This document shows, in pieces, positions 26,460 through 40,692 of a stretch of DNA of 64,000 nt (positions are counted from its first letter, which is position 1; every line of letters begins with the position of its first letter). This stretch comes from Eledone cirrhosa (Eukaryota). Position numbers and translations under genes: made by a program. The notes beneath the pieces are model-generated. The model did not search any database. It had not been told where the DNA came from and saw only the letters and a list, made by a program, of their open reading frames with translations. The stretch covers positions 299,646,001 through 299,710,000 of the forward strand of contig OZ024741.1 in assembly GCA_964016885.1 (NCBI GenBank), given 5' to 3'.

Positions 26460-28620
26460 GCGAAAACTTTTCTTTGAGTCCATGGTTACAATAAATCTAT
26501 CTTTCGATTTTATTGTTGAGTAACTTATTCTTTGAACTCAAAATGTGGAACAGCTCAAGGTCACATAATCGACAGCTTCTAATACCACTCCGATATGGGG
26601 GCGCGTTCGATAATGTTTTCCACTTCAGGGTGTATTAATGGTTACTTTCCCTCAGTTGCCAGGTCTTGTTCACAAGGGTAGTCACATAACGATGGTGGGA
26701 ATGTTTCATTGCGTAACGGTGTGTATACAAACGAGCTTTAAATGTATTCCCAGTCGCTCCGATGTAATGCCATTTCTGGTTGTCTGATTCAACTGTGCAT
26801 TGGTAAACCACGTTAGACTGCATACATTCGTTATGTAATGGACAGGTTTCAGGTAGGTGGCAATTACAATTCTTGTCATGGGCAACCTTGGCATTATTAG
26901 TGGGCTGCGATGCCTGTACAAGTGTGTTACGTCTTGTTTGCCTATTAGTGTGTGGTTGTGTATTAGATATTCTGTTGTGTTCAATGATAATTGTATTGTT
27001 ATTGTTATAAATGTGCGTTCTGGTGTTGTTACGTAACTTTTTAGCGTTAAGCATCTTAATGTGTGCCTCTATGTTTGGTACCGTGGAATAAGATAGTCTA
27101 ATAGATTTAGTGTTAAGGATTTTGCTGTATCTACGTGAATCTGGAAAGTTCTTATTTATTATTCTAAAGAAGGTAGAGGGTAGGTTAGCACTAATAGAGG
27201 TGTTAAATATGGAGTTATACCAAATATATTTTCTACTGCGTGACCTACTTGATTTCGATGTTGTATTTCTATTTCCATTATAATTTGTAGTTCTATGCGT
27301 AAATGTGTGTGTGCGTGTGCTTCTGGAGTTTGTGTTATGCGTGTTCGTGTGTGTTTTAAGGAGGCTTTCATCTATATATTCTACTCTATTTAAGTGGCGT
27401 CCCTTGTCTAGTGCGGTATTGTAGTACTCTGCATATTCCTCGAAGATTTGTTGGTTAGACGAGAGGCGGGAGATCCTAAGGGATATGCTGCCCGGAACGG
27501 ATTTAATTATGGATAGTGGGTGGTTCGAATTACAGTTGATGTATGCTATGTTTTCATTAATCTTGTGAAAAGGTCTTATTTAGGTTAAGCGTCGCGTCTA
27601 GAAAGTTAACTATTTTAGTGCTATATTCATACGTTATGCTAAGGCCCAGTTTCCCGATAGTCTTTCTAATATTCTTACGCAGTCTTTCTATGCTCTGGTT
27701 ATTTAGGTTCTTAACTAGGAGAAGGGCGTCGTCTCTGTAGATTCCACCGTGAAGGTCGCTAAACTCTCTCTGTAAATTATGGGCTATGTAAATACCTACT
27801 AAATCTGTGACTTGAGCCGAGTCGTTAGCCCCCATCGTGATGTCGAGGTTATTTAATTTATCCTTACGTTCCCAATAGGCGTTTTCAAATTTAATTATTG
27901 TTTTCCTAGCAGCTAATATAATTTTTATCTTGTCGTCTGTCAGATCAGAATTGGCTTTGGCGAATGTTAAGGCCTTATCCAAGGTTTTGGGAGATATAGA
28001 GGAGTAATAGTCGTTAATATCAAATTGTATAAACTTAGATACTTTTTTGTTGGCTATATTGTTAAACCATTTAATTGTTTCGGTGGTGTTACCCCATAGT
28101 TTAATTACTAATTTATTCTTCATTTGTGCTATCACTCTGTCTAATATATATGTTTACTAATTTTCCCAATGTCCGATTTGGACGGGCATATAAATCTAAT
28201 TGTGGGGTTATAATCCAAATTTACATTATGGTCCTTGAGATTAAATGTGGGGACACAGGGCCTAAGTGGCTCTGTTCTCTCCTCTATTCCTAGGCGTTTG
28301 GCTATATTGTGTGCCTCGTTGTTGATGTTTATCAGTGCCGCCTCGTTAGTTTTTTTGTATTTCCTATGTAATTCCTTCCGTATGAAGCTATCGTATGTAT
28401 TAATTTTATTAATATCCATTGTATACACAGTTGAGGTTTTGTCCGCTTTGACAATAATTCCATTGGTGGTTCGCAGCTTTTTTAGGAATGTATTCATGTC
28501 ATTCTGGTGTTTATTATTCCTCCGCTTTTTGAATTTGATATTCATAATCATCTTCAGTAAGTCCTGTTCAAGGCATCCAGTTGAGGGTTTGCAGGTGGGT
28601 TCCTACATGATTTGAAGCCG
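26460..28620 (-). pseudogene. Penelope-like (Naiad-type) RT + GIY-YIG ORF, frameshifted
   Basis: IVKADKT, LKDH, FDINDYYSSI, MGANDSAQVTDLVG, GIYRDDALL, VNFLD, CNCHLPETC, VVY...YIGAT, CRLC. Confidence 0.93.
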
Positions 28621-28756
28621 TATGTTTCCTTGTCGCATTCCACGGTACGACCGTTATGTCCTTTGTCGAGATGGAAAGTTTCCCATCTAACACGGTGTAT
28701 GAAGTCGTTTGTTCACTGTATCATCCCGAGGGCATAATCCTTTCTTAAAGGTATAT

Positions 28757-28893
28757 GAATGTTCTTTATAATAAATAAGCACTTTCCAGATTCACATAGA
28801 TACAGCAAAATCCTTAACCCTAAATCTATTAGACTATCTTACTCCACGGCACCAAACATAGAGGCACACATTAGGATGCTTAACGCTAAAAAG
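28757..28893 (+). repeat. Inverted duplicate of an internal PLE segment (27038-27170)
   Basis: INKHFPDSHRYSKILNPKSIRLSYSTAPNIEAHIRMLNAKK is the near reverse complement of 27038-27170. Confidence 0.85.
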
Positions 28894-29197
28894 ATATTCT
28901 GTTACAGTGAAGATGTGTCTTTTTTCTCTAACCAAACTCGGCAGTTCTTACGTTTGAAATGAGTTGTTGACTTGAGAGTTTTCCTATTTTTCCTCTCTTT
29001 ACGTTGCTTCACCCTTCGTGTCTGTTTACCTATTTTTCTCCCTCCACACCTTTTTTATCCCAATAATATACTTTAGTAATTGTTCGCCCTAGGCTGAGTT
29101 ATCTTGTCTCTAACGCGAAGAAATACCTATGATTCTTAGTAGACAACTGACGATGGATATTGCCCTCTTTCACCCGTAAAAATTATTTTTCATTATA

Positions 29198-29380
29198 TGG
29201 ATTGGCAGTATCGGTAGAGGGTCGGACGCCATGCTTTGACCCAAAGAGTTACGGCCTTTTCATTCTGAGTTCAAATCCCGCCGAGGTTAACTTTGCCTTT
29301 CATCCTTACGGGGTCGATAAAAAAAGTACCAGTAATACACTGGGTATTTGCTGGCCTTGTGGTAAAAGTAAAAACCATAA
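29198..29380 (+). mobile_element. SINE
   Basis: Matches the family consensus. Confidence 0.9.
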
Positions 29381-29881
29381 TATATATATATATGTGTGTG
29401 TGTATGGTATATAGGAAATGTAAATCCCTGAAATATGCTTCCATAAAACTTTCATCTACACATATTCACTCACAATACCTGGGTCGACCCGAATTTCTGG
29501 TAAATGACACTTGCTCAAAATGCTGCGCATTAAGATCGTAACCACGACTTTATGATTGTGAAATTATCTTTTTAACCATTGGAAATTAATGCGTCCACAT
29601 TGCGTGTTATCATTACACCAATGTATGCTCACTGACCCGATGTTTTGAAATACTTCCATTTGATCGACTTTAGATAATCCTGTTGCTAAAATAGACACGT
29701 TATTGAGAGGCTTTTCCTTCGAATAATTCCTTATCATGTCTTCAGATATCCGACCGTACAGCTGCAAGTAGAAACGCAAACAAAATTTTGCTGAAGATAC
29801 ATACGAGAAACTACAATTTAGTGGACAGCAAATGCAACATCAGCAATTTAAGTGTTATAATAGTACAATAATATTGTTGTT

Positions 29882-29935
<54 letters not shown>

Positions 29936-30390
29936 GGCGGTGGATTGGCATTATCGGTAGAGCGTCAGACACCATGCTTTGCAACATAGAATTACGGCCC
30001 TTTATGATCTGAGTTCACATTCCGCCGAGGTTAACTTTGCCTCTCATCCTTATGGGGTCGATAAAATAAAGTACCAGTCACGCACTGGGGTCGATTTAAA
30101 CGATTTTCCCATCCCCCCCAAACTGCTGGCCTTGCGCCTATATAAGAAACCATTAATATTATTATTATTATTATTGGATTGGATGTATCAGTTAAGCGCC
30201 CTACAATCTGCTTTGCAGCACAGAGTTACAGCCCTTTACGGTCTGAGTTCAAATGCCGCCAAAGTAAACTTTGCCTTTCATCCTTACGGAGTCGGTAAAA
30301 TTAAGTACCAGTAATGCACTGAGATCGGTTCATAGACTTTCCCCTCCCCCAAATTGCTGGCCTTGTGCCTATACTAGAAATCATTATTAT
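29936..30390 (+). mobile_element. Two tandem long-variant SINE copies in an (ATT)n tract
   Basis: Head, core and an extra GTCGATTTAA..CCCC..AAATTGCTGG segment; (ATT)n before, between and after. Confidence 0.88.
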
Positions 30391-30659
30391 TCTTATCGTT
30401 GTTGATCCATGAGGTAGAAGCTACTCTTTACTCGACACCGGTAAATTGTAATTGTTTTGTTTATTTTTCACCAGTAAATACCTTATGTTCAAATTATAAT
30501 CTTGACAAAGATACACTTTAACTGCCTGCATTTGATAGGTAAGGTTGTCAATATAACCTAACAAAGGGTTTCAATAATGCTTTATTTAAACCAAAAACAT
30601 AATTCAACGGAAAATTTGCACGGTGGGTAGTGACAGTAAGAATGTGTCTTTCACTGCAA

Positions 30660-30847
30660 ATAATTGTTTCTACTTTAGGCACAAGGCCAGTAATTACCCA
30701 GTGCATTACTGGTACTTTATTTTATTGACCCCGTAAGGATGAAAGGCAAAGTCAACCTCGGCGGGATTTGAACTCAGATCGTAATGGGACGTAACTATGC
30801 TGGAAAGCATGGCGTCCGACCCACTACCGATACTGCCAATCCACCAC
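30660..30847 (-). mobile_element. SINE
   Basis: Matches the family consensus. Confidence 0.9.
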
Positions 30848-31742
30848 CCTGCAAATAATGAAGAAGAAGTAAACGGCAACTCAACGGAGGACGCGAGAAA
30901 AATTCAGGAAAAGACTATCATACTGAATGATATTGCTTTAAAATTGAAGGATGATACTGCTTTTAACAGCAGTCACAGGGAGAATAGCATTAACAGCTGC
31001 ATTACCAACCGCAACAACAATGTCCGTGTGTCGTGTGAAAGATAGCTGTTTCAACACCTCGAAGGGGATATCGAAAAAGATTTGAGCAACATCAACAACA
31101 GAAACAACAACAGCGACAACAATAGAAACAACAAAAGCAACAACAACTCAATAGAAGGGAATTATTTGATTGAATTACCAACATTGATACCGTCACAGAA
31201 ACGTGAGAAATACGAAATAAAAACCAACAAAAACACCATACAAACATTAACACTATCACTACCACTAACAACACCCCCACTAAAACAACTACAACAAATA
31301 TACAGCGGCAACAAACAACACAACGCATTTCCGAAAACCCGATACAGTTGGACACATGGAGAGTAGCCTTATACTCTACAATGTGAAGATAACCCGGAGG
31401 GAAAACTGCTCAGTGGTCAGATACTTGTCCAAATAAGGCCAGTAAAAGTCGATAAGTTTCCGGACCTAATGATTTCCCTGTGGTAGGATGTATGGAGGTA
31501 AATGAGAGACTCTAAGCAAATCATCAAGCGAATGATTCAAACTTGCTGAAAGAGAAAGCATGACAACATGTCACGTTTTGACTTGTGAGAGGTCATAAAT
31601 AGTATGAACATATCCTAAGTGTCATTGCTAAAGATGTGGTTAATATATTTTGGCATATTGTGATACAATGTGACAATATGATTAAAACACGGATGCAAGA
31701 CACAGTAATTGACAACAAGAAAACTAAACATGGTATTATAAT

Positions 31743-31903
31743 ATTGGCAGTATCGGTAGAGGGTCGGACGCCATGCCCTTGCCATTCCGAGTTCAAATCC
31801 CGCCGAGGTTAACTTTGCCTTTCATCCTTACGGGGTCAATGAAATAAAGTACCAGTAATGTACTGGATTATTGCTGGTCGTGTGCCAATAGTAGAAACAA
31901 TTA
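31743..31903 (+). mobile_element. SINE with internal deletion
   Basis: Matches the family consensus. Confidence 0.88.
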
Positions 31904-32940
31904 TAATATATATTTCAGTTCCTGTTGACAACATAGTGTAGTAAAAAGAGGGAGAGAAGGTAAAAATGTATAGGACATCAAACGGCATGCTGCCACGATA
32001 TGGCGTATGAAAATGGTAGATATAGTAGTTAGAGCACTTGGAATGGTGTCAAGGAAACTAGGGGTCTTGGTTGGGAAACTCGGAATAGAAATAGATTCAT
32101 ACAAATTAGGGACAACAAAAATTTTTAAAAAGGTCTTAGAGATTTAAATTTGAAGGAAGCTTTGGAATCGAAAGCTTAAATTTAGTTGAAGACCCGTAGA
32201 ATAGTAGCGTAAAATAGATAGAATAGTAACGGAAATTAATATCAAGCTGGAGAAAAACACAAAATTAGCTCAAACACCGACATACTAACACTTAGTTTTC
32301 AACGAACTAGATAGGGTTGATCGCACATAGATGACAGGAAAGATTAGAAAGGAATACCGTATACGGATTAGATTACTACTGAAAACAGAACTAAATGTAA
32401 GGAATAACGTAACTACCATCAATAGTCTAGAAATCCCTGTAATAAGCTACAGTTTTAATATTCTGAACTGGACACTAAATGAACTAATAGGAATACGCAG
32501 ACAAATTACCAGAAAAATAATGACTGCATTTAGAATTTTATTGTAAAACAACCACTGTATTATTGCTCAAATATCTAATGAAGAACAATGATAAGCTAAT
32601 ACAATCAGCCACGAAACATGAACAAAACAAAATATGTTTTGTGATTTCATGGAAGGCAGAATATTCAAAACAGAAGTTGGCTTGACATATGATTGTGAGT
32701 GAAATGAAAATATAAGTTATATTTTCATTTTCTCATGTTATATTATAACATGAGAAAATGAGAAACATATAAAATGAAAATTGAAAATAGACATTCAGAA
32801 TGCCATGTTAAAAGGATGGCAAGAAAATCACTTACACGAACAAGTTGAACAGAAAGTAATTCGACAAGCAAAATTAACAAAGCTGGCTACGACGAACTAG
32901 ACAAAACTGAATGATTTCTAATCGCAAACAATTCAAATAT

Positions 32941-33125
32941 ATAATTGTTTCTACTTTAGGCACAAGGCCAGCAATTACCCAGTACATTACTGGTAATTTA
33001 TTTTATCGACCCCGTAATGATGAAAGGCAAAGTCAACCTCGGCGGGATTTGAACTCAGATCGTAAAGGGACGTAACTATGCTGGAAAGCATGGCGTCCGA
33101 CCCTCTACCGATACTGCCAATCCAC
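32941..33125 (-). mobile_element. SINE
   Basis: Matches the family consensus. Confidence 0.9.
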
Positions 33126-33357
33126 AATGAAGTTGAACACAGCAAGTAACTGCAGAATATGTAGTGATAGGGAAAGAACGATTAACAAAATTATTATCTG
33201 GCTGCCTTGACTTAGCCAAAAACGAATATGTTGCCAGCGATGATTGAGTTCAAATTTACATACACTGGATATATGACAACACAACGAAATGTCAAAAGAA
33301 AAGGGTTACTTTAGGCACACATCAGAAAATGTATCCAAGAGTGACAAAATAACCATA

Positions 33358-33545
33358 GGTGGATTGGCAGTATCGGTAGAGGATCGGACGCCATGCTTTG
33401 ACGCATAGATTTACTGCCCTTTCCATTCTGAGTTAAAATCCCGCCGAGGTTAACTTTGCTTTTCATCCTTACGGGGTCGATAAAATAAAGTACCAGTAAT
33501 GCACTGGGTATTTGCTGGCATTGTGCCTAAAGTAGAAACAATTAT
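33358..33545 (+). mobile_element. SINE
   Basis: Matches the family consensus. Confidence 0.9.
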
Positions 33546-35965
33546 GGGATATGTCAATACACGCATACCGGGAGATCAAATCCAAAGGACCAGATATCAT
33601 AATCAAAAGCTCAAAGTAAAAACTATCAATTAACACAGCATTCCTCATAGACGACAATACATTTCTCAAGGAACGGTAGAATTTATCTACATATGAAGAA
33701 CTTGAGTAAGAAAGAACTCAAACGTGCACGTTGAAAATATAAACAATCATTATAATAGTAGGTGCTCTGGGAATGATGAATAAAAGATAGACAGGTATAT
33801 ATCCAAACCCTAGATCTTATGATTATACACAACATAGATAAATAGCATTTTCAGGAACTAAGCACATATTACGAAGAGTACTCTCAAAACAATTGAAACA
33901 ACACCCAAAAGAACACTGCACCAAAATCACACGAAGCTCTGTTTATAAATGAGCTGATGTCATAACAATATAAGTAATAATAATAACAAGTATGTATACA
34001 TAAGTCAGAGAAAACGATGTGATGATGTTTGACTACATTTGAAATGATTTTAAATTCAGAGATGGCCTGTGGGGATCGTTGATCAGCATCAAACATATAT
34101 TTATACATTTGCGGGATTTTTCTGAGATGGAAACATCAAATATACTAAAATACTGCTAAACAAATATAGCCTAATATAAAAGTCCAAACATCAATATTTT
34201 TCTGCAACATTACGATTTACTATACGTATTTTGAGAAACAATTACTGATCTTATAACTTGAGTGATATATTTGTATTTCCCGGGAAAACACACTGTGTTA
34301 TTATATCATGATATTTTATAGCATTTATCCCAAATTATGCTTGGCTGTCAATGTTCGTATGCTACATAACCAATATATTACAAATTTATGAAGGAATCTT
34401 TCTACAGTACATATGCAAAACAGTTTATGTATTAGAAAATTATAATAGGAAGATCCTGTTCGAGTTTAAAATACATATTGATTATGATCTTTCACAAAAG
34501 CTCGACTTAAGTTTACCTGTCAGAGATAACGTTCGTATCGAAATCATTGTTACAGAAAAAAAAAACTATGAGAGTAAAGCGTGTGTAGAAATGTGTAGAG
34601 AAGAAATGACACTGGCTGACGTATTGACTTGTAAGAACTGTGATATGTATTTGCAATTCTATTTGTAAATGTTACGCAATGAATGATGTACAGAGATCAG
34701 CGTGACAAGTTCCAGAGTGTTTCGAGAATAGCATCTGGAAAAGTTGGTGCAATTCTTGTCATATAGATTCAGCATGTCCCTGCATATCATCAAAAATGTA
34801 ACTCATGATTTATAATATAGAACACATAAATGCACCATTTGTTTCGTTTATACTCCTGTTTATAGAAGTAAATCTTTTCCATATGCTATACAAAACTTTA
34901 GGGTCAGTTCGCCTCGTGGTCCCAACAATGAGACAAATTGGCGCAAATACAATATTCTAGATTAAATTTAATTTAAGTACACGCCAACAGTCTTTGGGAA
35001 AATGTGATGCAATCAAATGCCTGTGCCTGCAAAATATTTGCACACAAGCATGTACGAGCAATGGAACAAAATGGGCGCTATGTATAAATATCTTCATGAA
35101 GAAATGCAAGACGGCATGAGTTTAAATGTTTGACATGCGGGAAATAGAAATCTAATGGCTCTTAAACGAGAATTCACCCTTTTAAAAAGGAAAGGAGAAA
35201 TTAGATAATCTATAGCTACGTATCGAAAAAAAAAATACAACAGGTGGAATGTATTGTTCCTGGTTCAGCTCGTTCAGACTTGTATCAAACAATATGTTGA
35301 CGTGAGTGCTTCTACACGGTAACCTGATCCGCAAGAATTACCAGCCTTGTTCTCTCAGATTACTCAGTAATGTCTTAAGAAAGGAAGAGTATATTCGATA
35401 GGTCAGTGCTAAATATAGGATATTCACTCCTGTGATTCTTTGACTACTATTCTTCATGATAAGCGCTAACATAGTGCTGAACTAGAATGATGTGATAAGC
35501 CTCATTCAATCAGTATTTGTCCTACACAAAAAAGCATGAATTACAGATATGTTTACATAACTGAGCAAAACTGTACGTTTATATTTAGTATATTTAAGGT
35601 CACTTATTTACTTGGAATGGAATAAACCAACGTTAGTTTCAACAATTAGTTCCCCTGTTGTTTGATCCATTAATGATAATACTCGCAAAATTACCGTGGC
35701 TGAGTATTTCACAATTCTAAAGTAATGTGTATCCTTAACTCAAATTTCAAGGAGCTTCAACATGATATAGTGTATGACAGTCGATCCGAGGAAAATCGAA
35801 AAATTTTCCGTCTGTATAATTTCACTCACAACACTTAGATCAGAGACTATGCTAGAGAACATTCGTCTAAGCTTTGAAGGAGTTTTATAAGACATGAACT
35901 TTAAGTATTGTGAGGCTAAATCAACCATTCGATTAGGATGTGACTACAGGTTTCATATATACAAG

Positions 35966-36150
35966 GGCGGTGGATTGGCAGTAGCCTTTGCGGTATAGAG
36001 TTTCCGCCCTTTACGTTATGTTTTCAAATTCTGTCGAGGCTAGCTTTGCTTTCATCCATATGGAGTCGACAAAATAAATCACCAGTTATGCAATGGTGTC
36101 AGCTAAATCGACCTTCTACTCACTCCAAATTTCCTAAATCAAAAACTATT
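35966..36150 (+). mobile_element. SINE, diverged
   Basis: GGCGGTGGATTGGCAGTA head and a degenerate core. Confidence 0.7.
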
Positions 36151-36656
36151 ATTAAACATAAAACAACTATAACTGTAACAGTGTAGTGGAAATATCGTTA
36201 AATATATAATGTCCTTCTCTTCCAAACAACTGCCGTATATGTAATATTTTCATCGACATAGGCGACGCTGTAAAATTGAATATGGAAAAGAACTATTTAT
36301 TAAAGTGAAACAAAAAATGCAATATTGGCGTTGATTATTTCATCAGTAATTCCTTATAGAACGTCTTATATCACATATCAAATATCCAGGTCTTATTCCA
36401 TGTATTGGCTTGTTATAAATTTTCCTAAATGTAAATGCAAAAGTAAATTGCTATCGACATCTACTAGAAAACAGTCACGAACAATCATTAAATTGTTTAG
36501 TATTATGATCTCTTTCTATTGTTGGCATACAAAACATTAACATACACATGTCTGCTAGATTATGTGATTACAAAAGGAAGGTTGATTGTACTTTCGTTTT
36601 CTTTCTTTCTAACTGCCCTCTTTCACTCTCACTCTCTGTATATATATGTATGCACT

Positions 36657-36911
<255 letters not shown>

Positions 36912-37125
36912 ATAAATACAAATACCAAAGTCCAAAGAGGAATTGAGAAGTGTTGTATATATGTTTATAAGTATATATAGTTTAACCATTGTTGTTTGAT
37001 TTTCAGTAGATTTAATATATTTGTTAATATATTTTTATTTATTCAAATATGGTAAGAGTTGGAAAATGTACTGTCCGAGCCATTGAAGTTGAGAGACAAA
37101 CGCTGTAGTTTAAAATAGTACAATA

Positions 37126-37531
37126 CTAGCAGAATGGCCTGGAACGCTCGGGATTTGCTCTAGGGTTCTTATATATTTGATATATATTTATCTTTATCGA
37201 GCCTCGTGAAATAAATACGTTTGTTACATTTTGTTATTGGGTATACTAAAATATCTATACACGAATATATAATTATATATATAAATTAAAATAACAGATT
37301 AAAGTTTAAGCAAAGAATCGCTGCTTTCATCCTTAACGGGATCTTCTGAAACTAAAAAGATCAATCTGTGAACGCAGAAGTAAATATTTTTAAAAACGTT
37401 ACACACACTATATATATATATATATATACACACACTATAAATACATAAATACACACACACATCGACGTCATAACCTCGTAATGCAGACAGCCAGCCAGAC
37501 AGACATACATTCTCTGTTTTAGATATATAGA
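37126..37531 (-). mobile_element. Non-autonomous Helitron
   Basis: Minus strand begins A|TCTATATATCTAAAACAGAGAATGTATGTCTGTCTG and ends with the imperfect hairpin CCCGAGCGTTCCAGG, then ...CTAG|T. Confidence 0.7.
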
Positions 37532-37614
37532 TAATTGAGTATTTACAATAGTTTATAACTTTGTCTATTAATCCGTATGGTGAGCAAATGGGGTCCCACG
37601 TGCTGGTCTCCCCA

Positions 37615-37826
37615 CAGCCCCTGAGGCCTGGATGGAGAAGGCGTTTCCCCGGAGAATGGTAAGGGAGATGAGCTGGAAGAGCCATTCCAACTCGCGAGGC
37701 TAACGCCTGCGGCTGGGTAGCTCAGCGCCTATTGTGGTCTATGGGGAGGTAGCCCTAGGGCCAAGGACACCAGAGGTCTCCAATGCCAAGGGCATGACCA
37801 CGAACCTGTCAGAGAGTGACCGGTAT
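37615..37826 (-). mobile_element. Second CRE-like RLE 3' fragment
   Basis: YRSLSDRFVVMPLALETSGVLGP...LEWLFQLISLTILRGNAFSI; homologous to 6545-6760. Confidence 0.75.
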
Positions 37827-38470
37827 ATATAAACTTCTTCTTCTTCTTCTTCTTGAGAATGTCATGGAGGAAAATATTTCACACAATCTTTTCAGTGGGT
37901 CCTGTCACAAGCAATCGCCTTCAACTGATCGGTCTAGATCTCCAAGCGAGATCAGTTAATCTCATCGATGTTATCCAACCTTTTAGCTCGGGTTCTGCTG
38001 CCGGTTGGTTTTGCCCATAAAATATGTCATTCTATCTTCATGCCCGTAGTATCGGAGCTGTGGCCTCTCAATTTGGAAACACACCACTTAGATCGTGTAG
38101 TGTCTGCCTCTCCCTCTCCAGGTTTTCCTTTCTTTTCCTATTCACTTTTTTTGTCTGTTTTTTTTTCAATTCTGTCTTCTATTGCATTATTTTATGTATT
38201 TACATTAACATGAATAAAGATCATTCTATTTTCGAATAAAATATCAAAGTATATACTAGATCAATTTTTTTCCTCAAGATTTTGTATATACCTCAGGCGA
38301 AATCAGGAGAAATAGAAGAGAGTGGCGAAGGGAAAGAGAGATAAATAATTGTTTCTACTTTTGGCACAAGGCCAGTGAACGAGAGATAAATAATGCAAAG
38401 ACGTGAAGGAAATAAATATGAAAGATTATCATTTTCTCAAAATTAGATTGTAGTAAGTTGACAAAGCTTG

Positions 38471-38650
38471 ATAGTTGTTTTTACTCTTGGCACAATGCCA
38501 GCAATTATCCAGTACATTACTGGTACTTTATTTTATCGACCCCGTAAGGATGAAAGGCAAAGTTAACCTCGGCGGGATTTGAACTCAGACCGTAAAGGGA
38601 CGTAAGTATTCTGGAAAGCATGGCGTCCGACTCTCTATCGATACTGCCAA
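38471..38650 (-). mobile_element. SINE (with a tail fragment at 38345-38374)
   Basis: Matches the family consensus. Confidence 0.88.
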
Positions 38651-39333
38651 AGATCGATAGTGACAAGTCAATCTAGACACCTGATTACAACATGTATTCA
38701 ACCAGGTAATGATGCAGTGCTCATCCATAGCCTTGTCAAACTTTAATTTTTCTGGTATGTGCGTTTAATAGTAATGTCACCAAACATTATACTTAACAGG
38801 CTCTATTGTCCAATTTAAGAAATCTTAATGTATGCCATTTATCATTAGCTATATTGTGTTGTAACATTCGACTTCCATTCAAGCGCCATTGACCACAAAC
38901 CATACCATATTCTCAAGGGTAAGTACTATATCTTTATCACTGAGTTTTCCTTGTTGAATACAGAAGTGATTATTTACAAATATTTGGTTATTTTCTATAT
39001 AAGATGGGATTATATAGAAACACCGCCACACTTAACTCGATAATCAGTCTCTAAAGTTCCTTAACAACTAATGTAAAACATTCTGGAGAGGATATTTTAT
39101 TTTATCGAATTCAAAATGTTATGTTGACTCCCGTGAGAGAGCATAGAAGATCGGCAACAATTCCGTAGCGGATTTGTCCTAAGATCTAAGATTTCTGACA
39201 ATCCATTCTATTGTTCCTCATAATTTTCCTTCGACATAATGACTTTACAGACACCGCCAGTAACAAATTAAAGTGAATCTCAAAGCCGTTTATCCTCAGA
39301 ATATAAACGGATGAGATTCAATGCCATAAGTTA

Positions 39334-40692
39334 TCTATACTGTAAAGCTGACAGCCGTATATAGGTAACCCTTTCCGCCAAACGTTTGGACCAAACAGCA
39401 CCAAATTTGCAGCATAGATTAACCTTTTCCAAGTAAAAAGTAGTGAGGGTATATGTGTCTACTGAATTTTATTAAAAGATTAAAGACATTATTTAAATAT
39501 TCACTTCTTTAAAATTTAAAATGTCAACACTTCCGGATATACGTCATTCCTCACTTATGACGTCGCACAACATTCCCCTCTTTTTCTTAGTCTGTCTTTT
39601 TAGATAGATACATAGCTATAACATAGCGCCATTATAATATGTCTCTGTATGTCTGATGTCTGCATTAGGTAAGGTTTTTCGAAATATTTACTTCTGCGTT
39701 CACAGGCGGATTTTTTTAGTTTCAGAAGACACCGTTAAGGATGAACGCAGCGATTCTTTGCTTAAACTTTAATCTGTTATTTTAATATATATTTTTACAT
39801 ACACAAAAAAAAAACTATTTATTTCACGAAAGCACAGACGGCTCATCGTCATTGTTGCTGTTCGAGGTTAGAGGACCACAGTCTTTCCAAGATCTGAGAA
39901 CCATCACTGGCCATCAATGTTCCACTTACCGTTTAGGTTGCCAGATGCGTGATATGTTACACAGTGACAGCCATTGACACCTCACCTTGCAAGAAGCAGC
40001 AACTGCGATCTTGCCGACCCTCTCGCACTGTGGAACAACCACCGCGAAAGTCTAGCTGAGGACATCCTCCACCGCACACACAGACACAATCCAAACGTAA
40101 CATACGTCGTTTTCAATGAGGCGCTCATTTGTCTTGAAAACAGTGTCCTGGAGATTGGTGGTAGGCTGCTAAGATATTACAGCTTACCTGCTCCTCACAG
40201 GCGTGTCCAGGGGGCAACGTCTACAGAGCTTCTCTGCGAGACGAGCTACGAAATCATTGATTCTCCCATGGTCAATTGTATGTAGGATGCTGTAGGGTGA
40301 GCTCGCCAAACATTCTCTTCATCTTTGCTCCGGAGGGCCGAACAAAAAATATTGTTTACTCTGAGGCTCTAACAATGTAATTTACATATTTTCTGTTACT
40401 TGGAATATCTATTATGGTTGTACACATTATTGTTTGTTAAAAAATGTGTTCTCTGTTAAGCCTTTATTGTTGTAACTATCAATTTTCTTTAACGTACTGG
40501 CTGCTGAACTGGGGAATGCTAAAAACTATTCAAACCCAACATCAGAGCACGTTAAAACCCCACACACACTCACACAACATCGCAGACTTGAGAGGGCGTG
40601 CGGAATCTTTCCACTGGAGTGTAGGGAGGATTCATGAAAAGAAAAAAAATGCCTGTATACCTAAACGGGCGCCAGCCGGACGGGTAAGCTTG
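39334..40692 (+). mobile_element. Internally deleted Helitron with RepHel remnants
   Basis: 5' A|TCTATACTGTAAAGCTG; LLLFEVRGPQSFQDLRT..G; PLALWNNHRESLAEDIL; Pif1 C-terminus FSHGQLYVGCCRV...NIVYSEAL; 3' GC-rich hairpin-like CGGGCGCCAGCCGG then CTTG|T (decayed CTAG). Confidence 0.85.

Larger units (their letters stand above)
31430..33890 (+). mobile_element. Decayed R4/Dong-type LINE fragments interrupted by SINEs
   Basis: KIRKEYRIRIRLLLKTELNVRN.VTTINSL.IPVISYSF.ILNW; IVVRALG and IIVGALG; LGT..I..KVL termini. Confidence 0.7.

Noticed and set aside
37280-39790. 2.5-kb DNA transposon bounded by ~110-bp inverted repeats
   Set aside because: The arms are an internal module of two oppositely oriented Helitrons.
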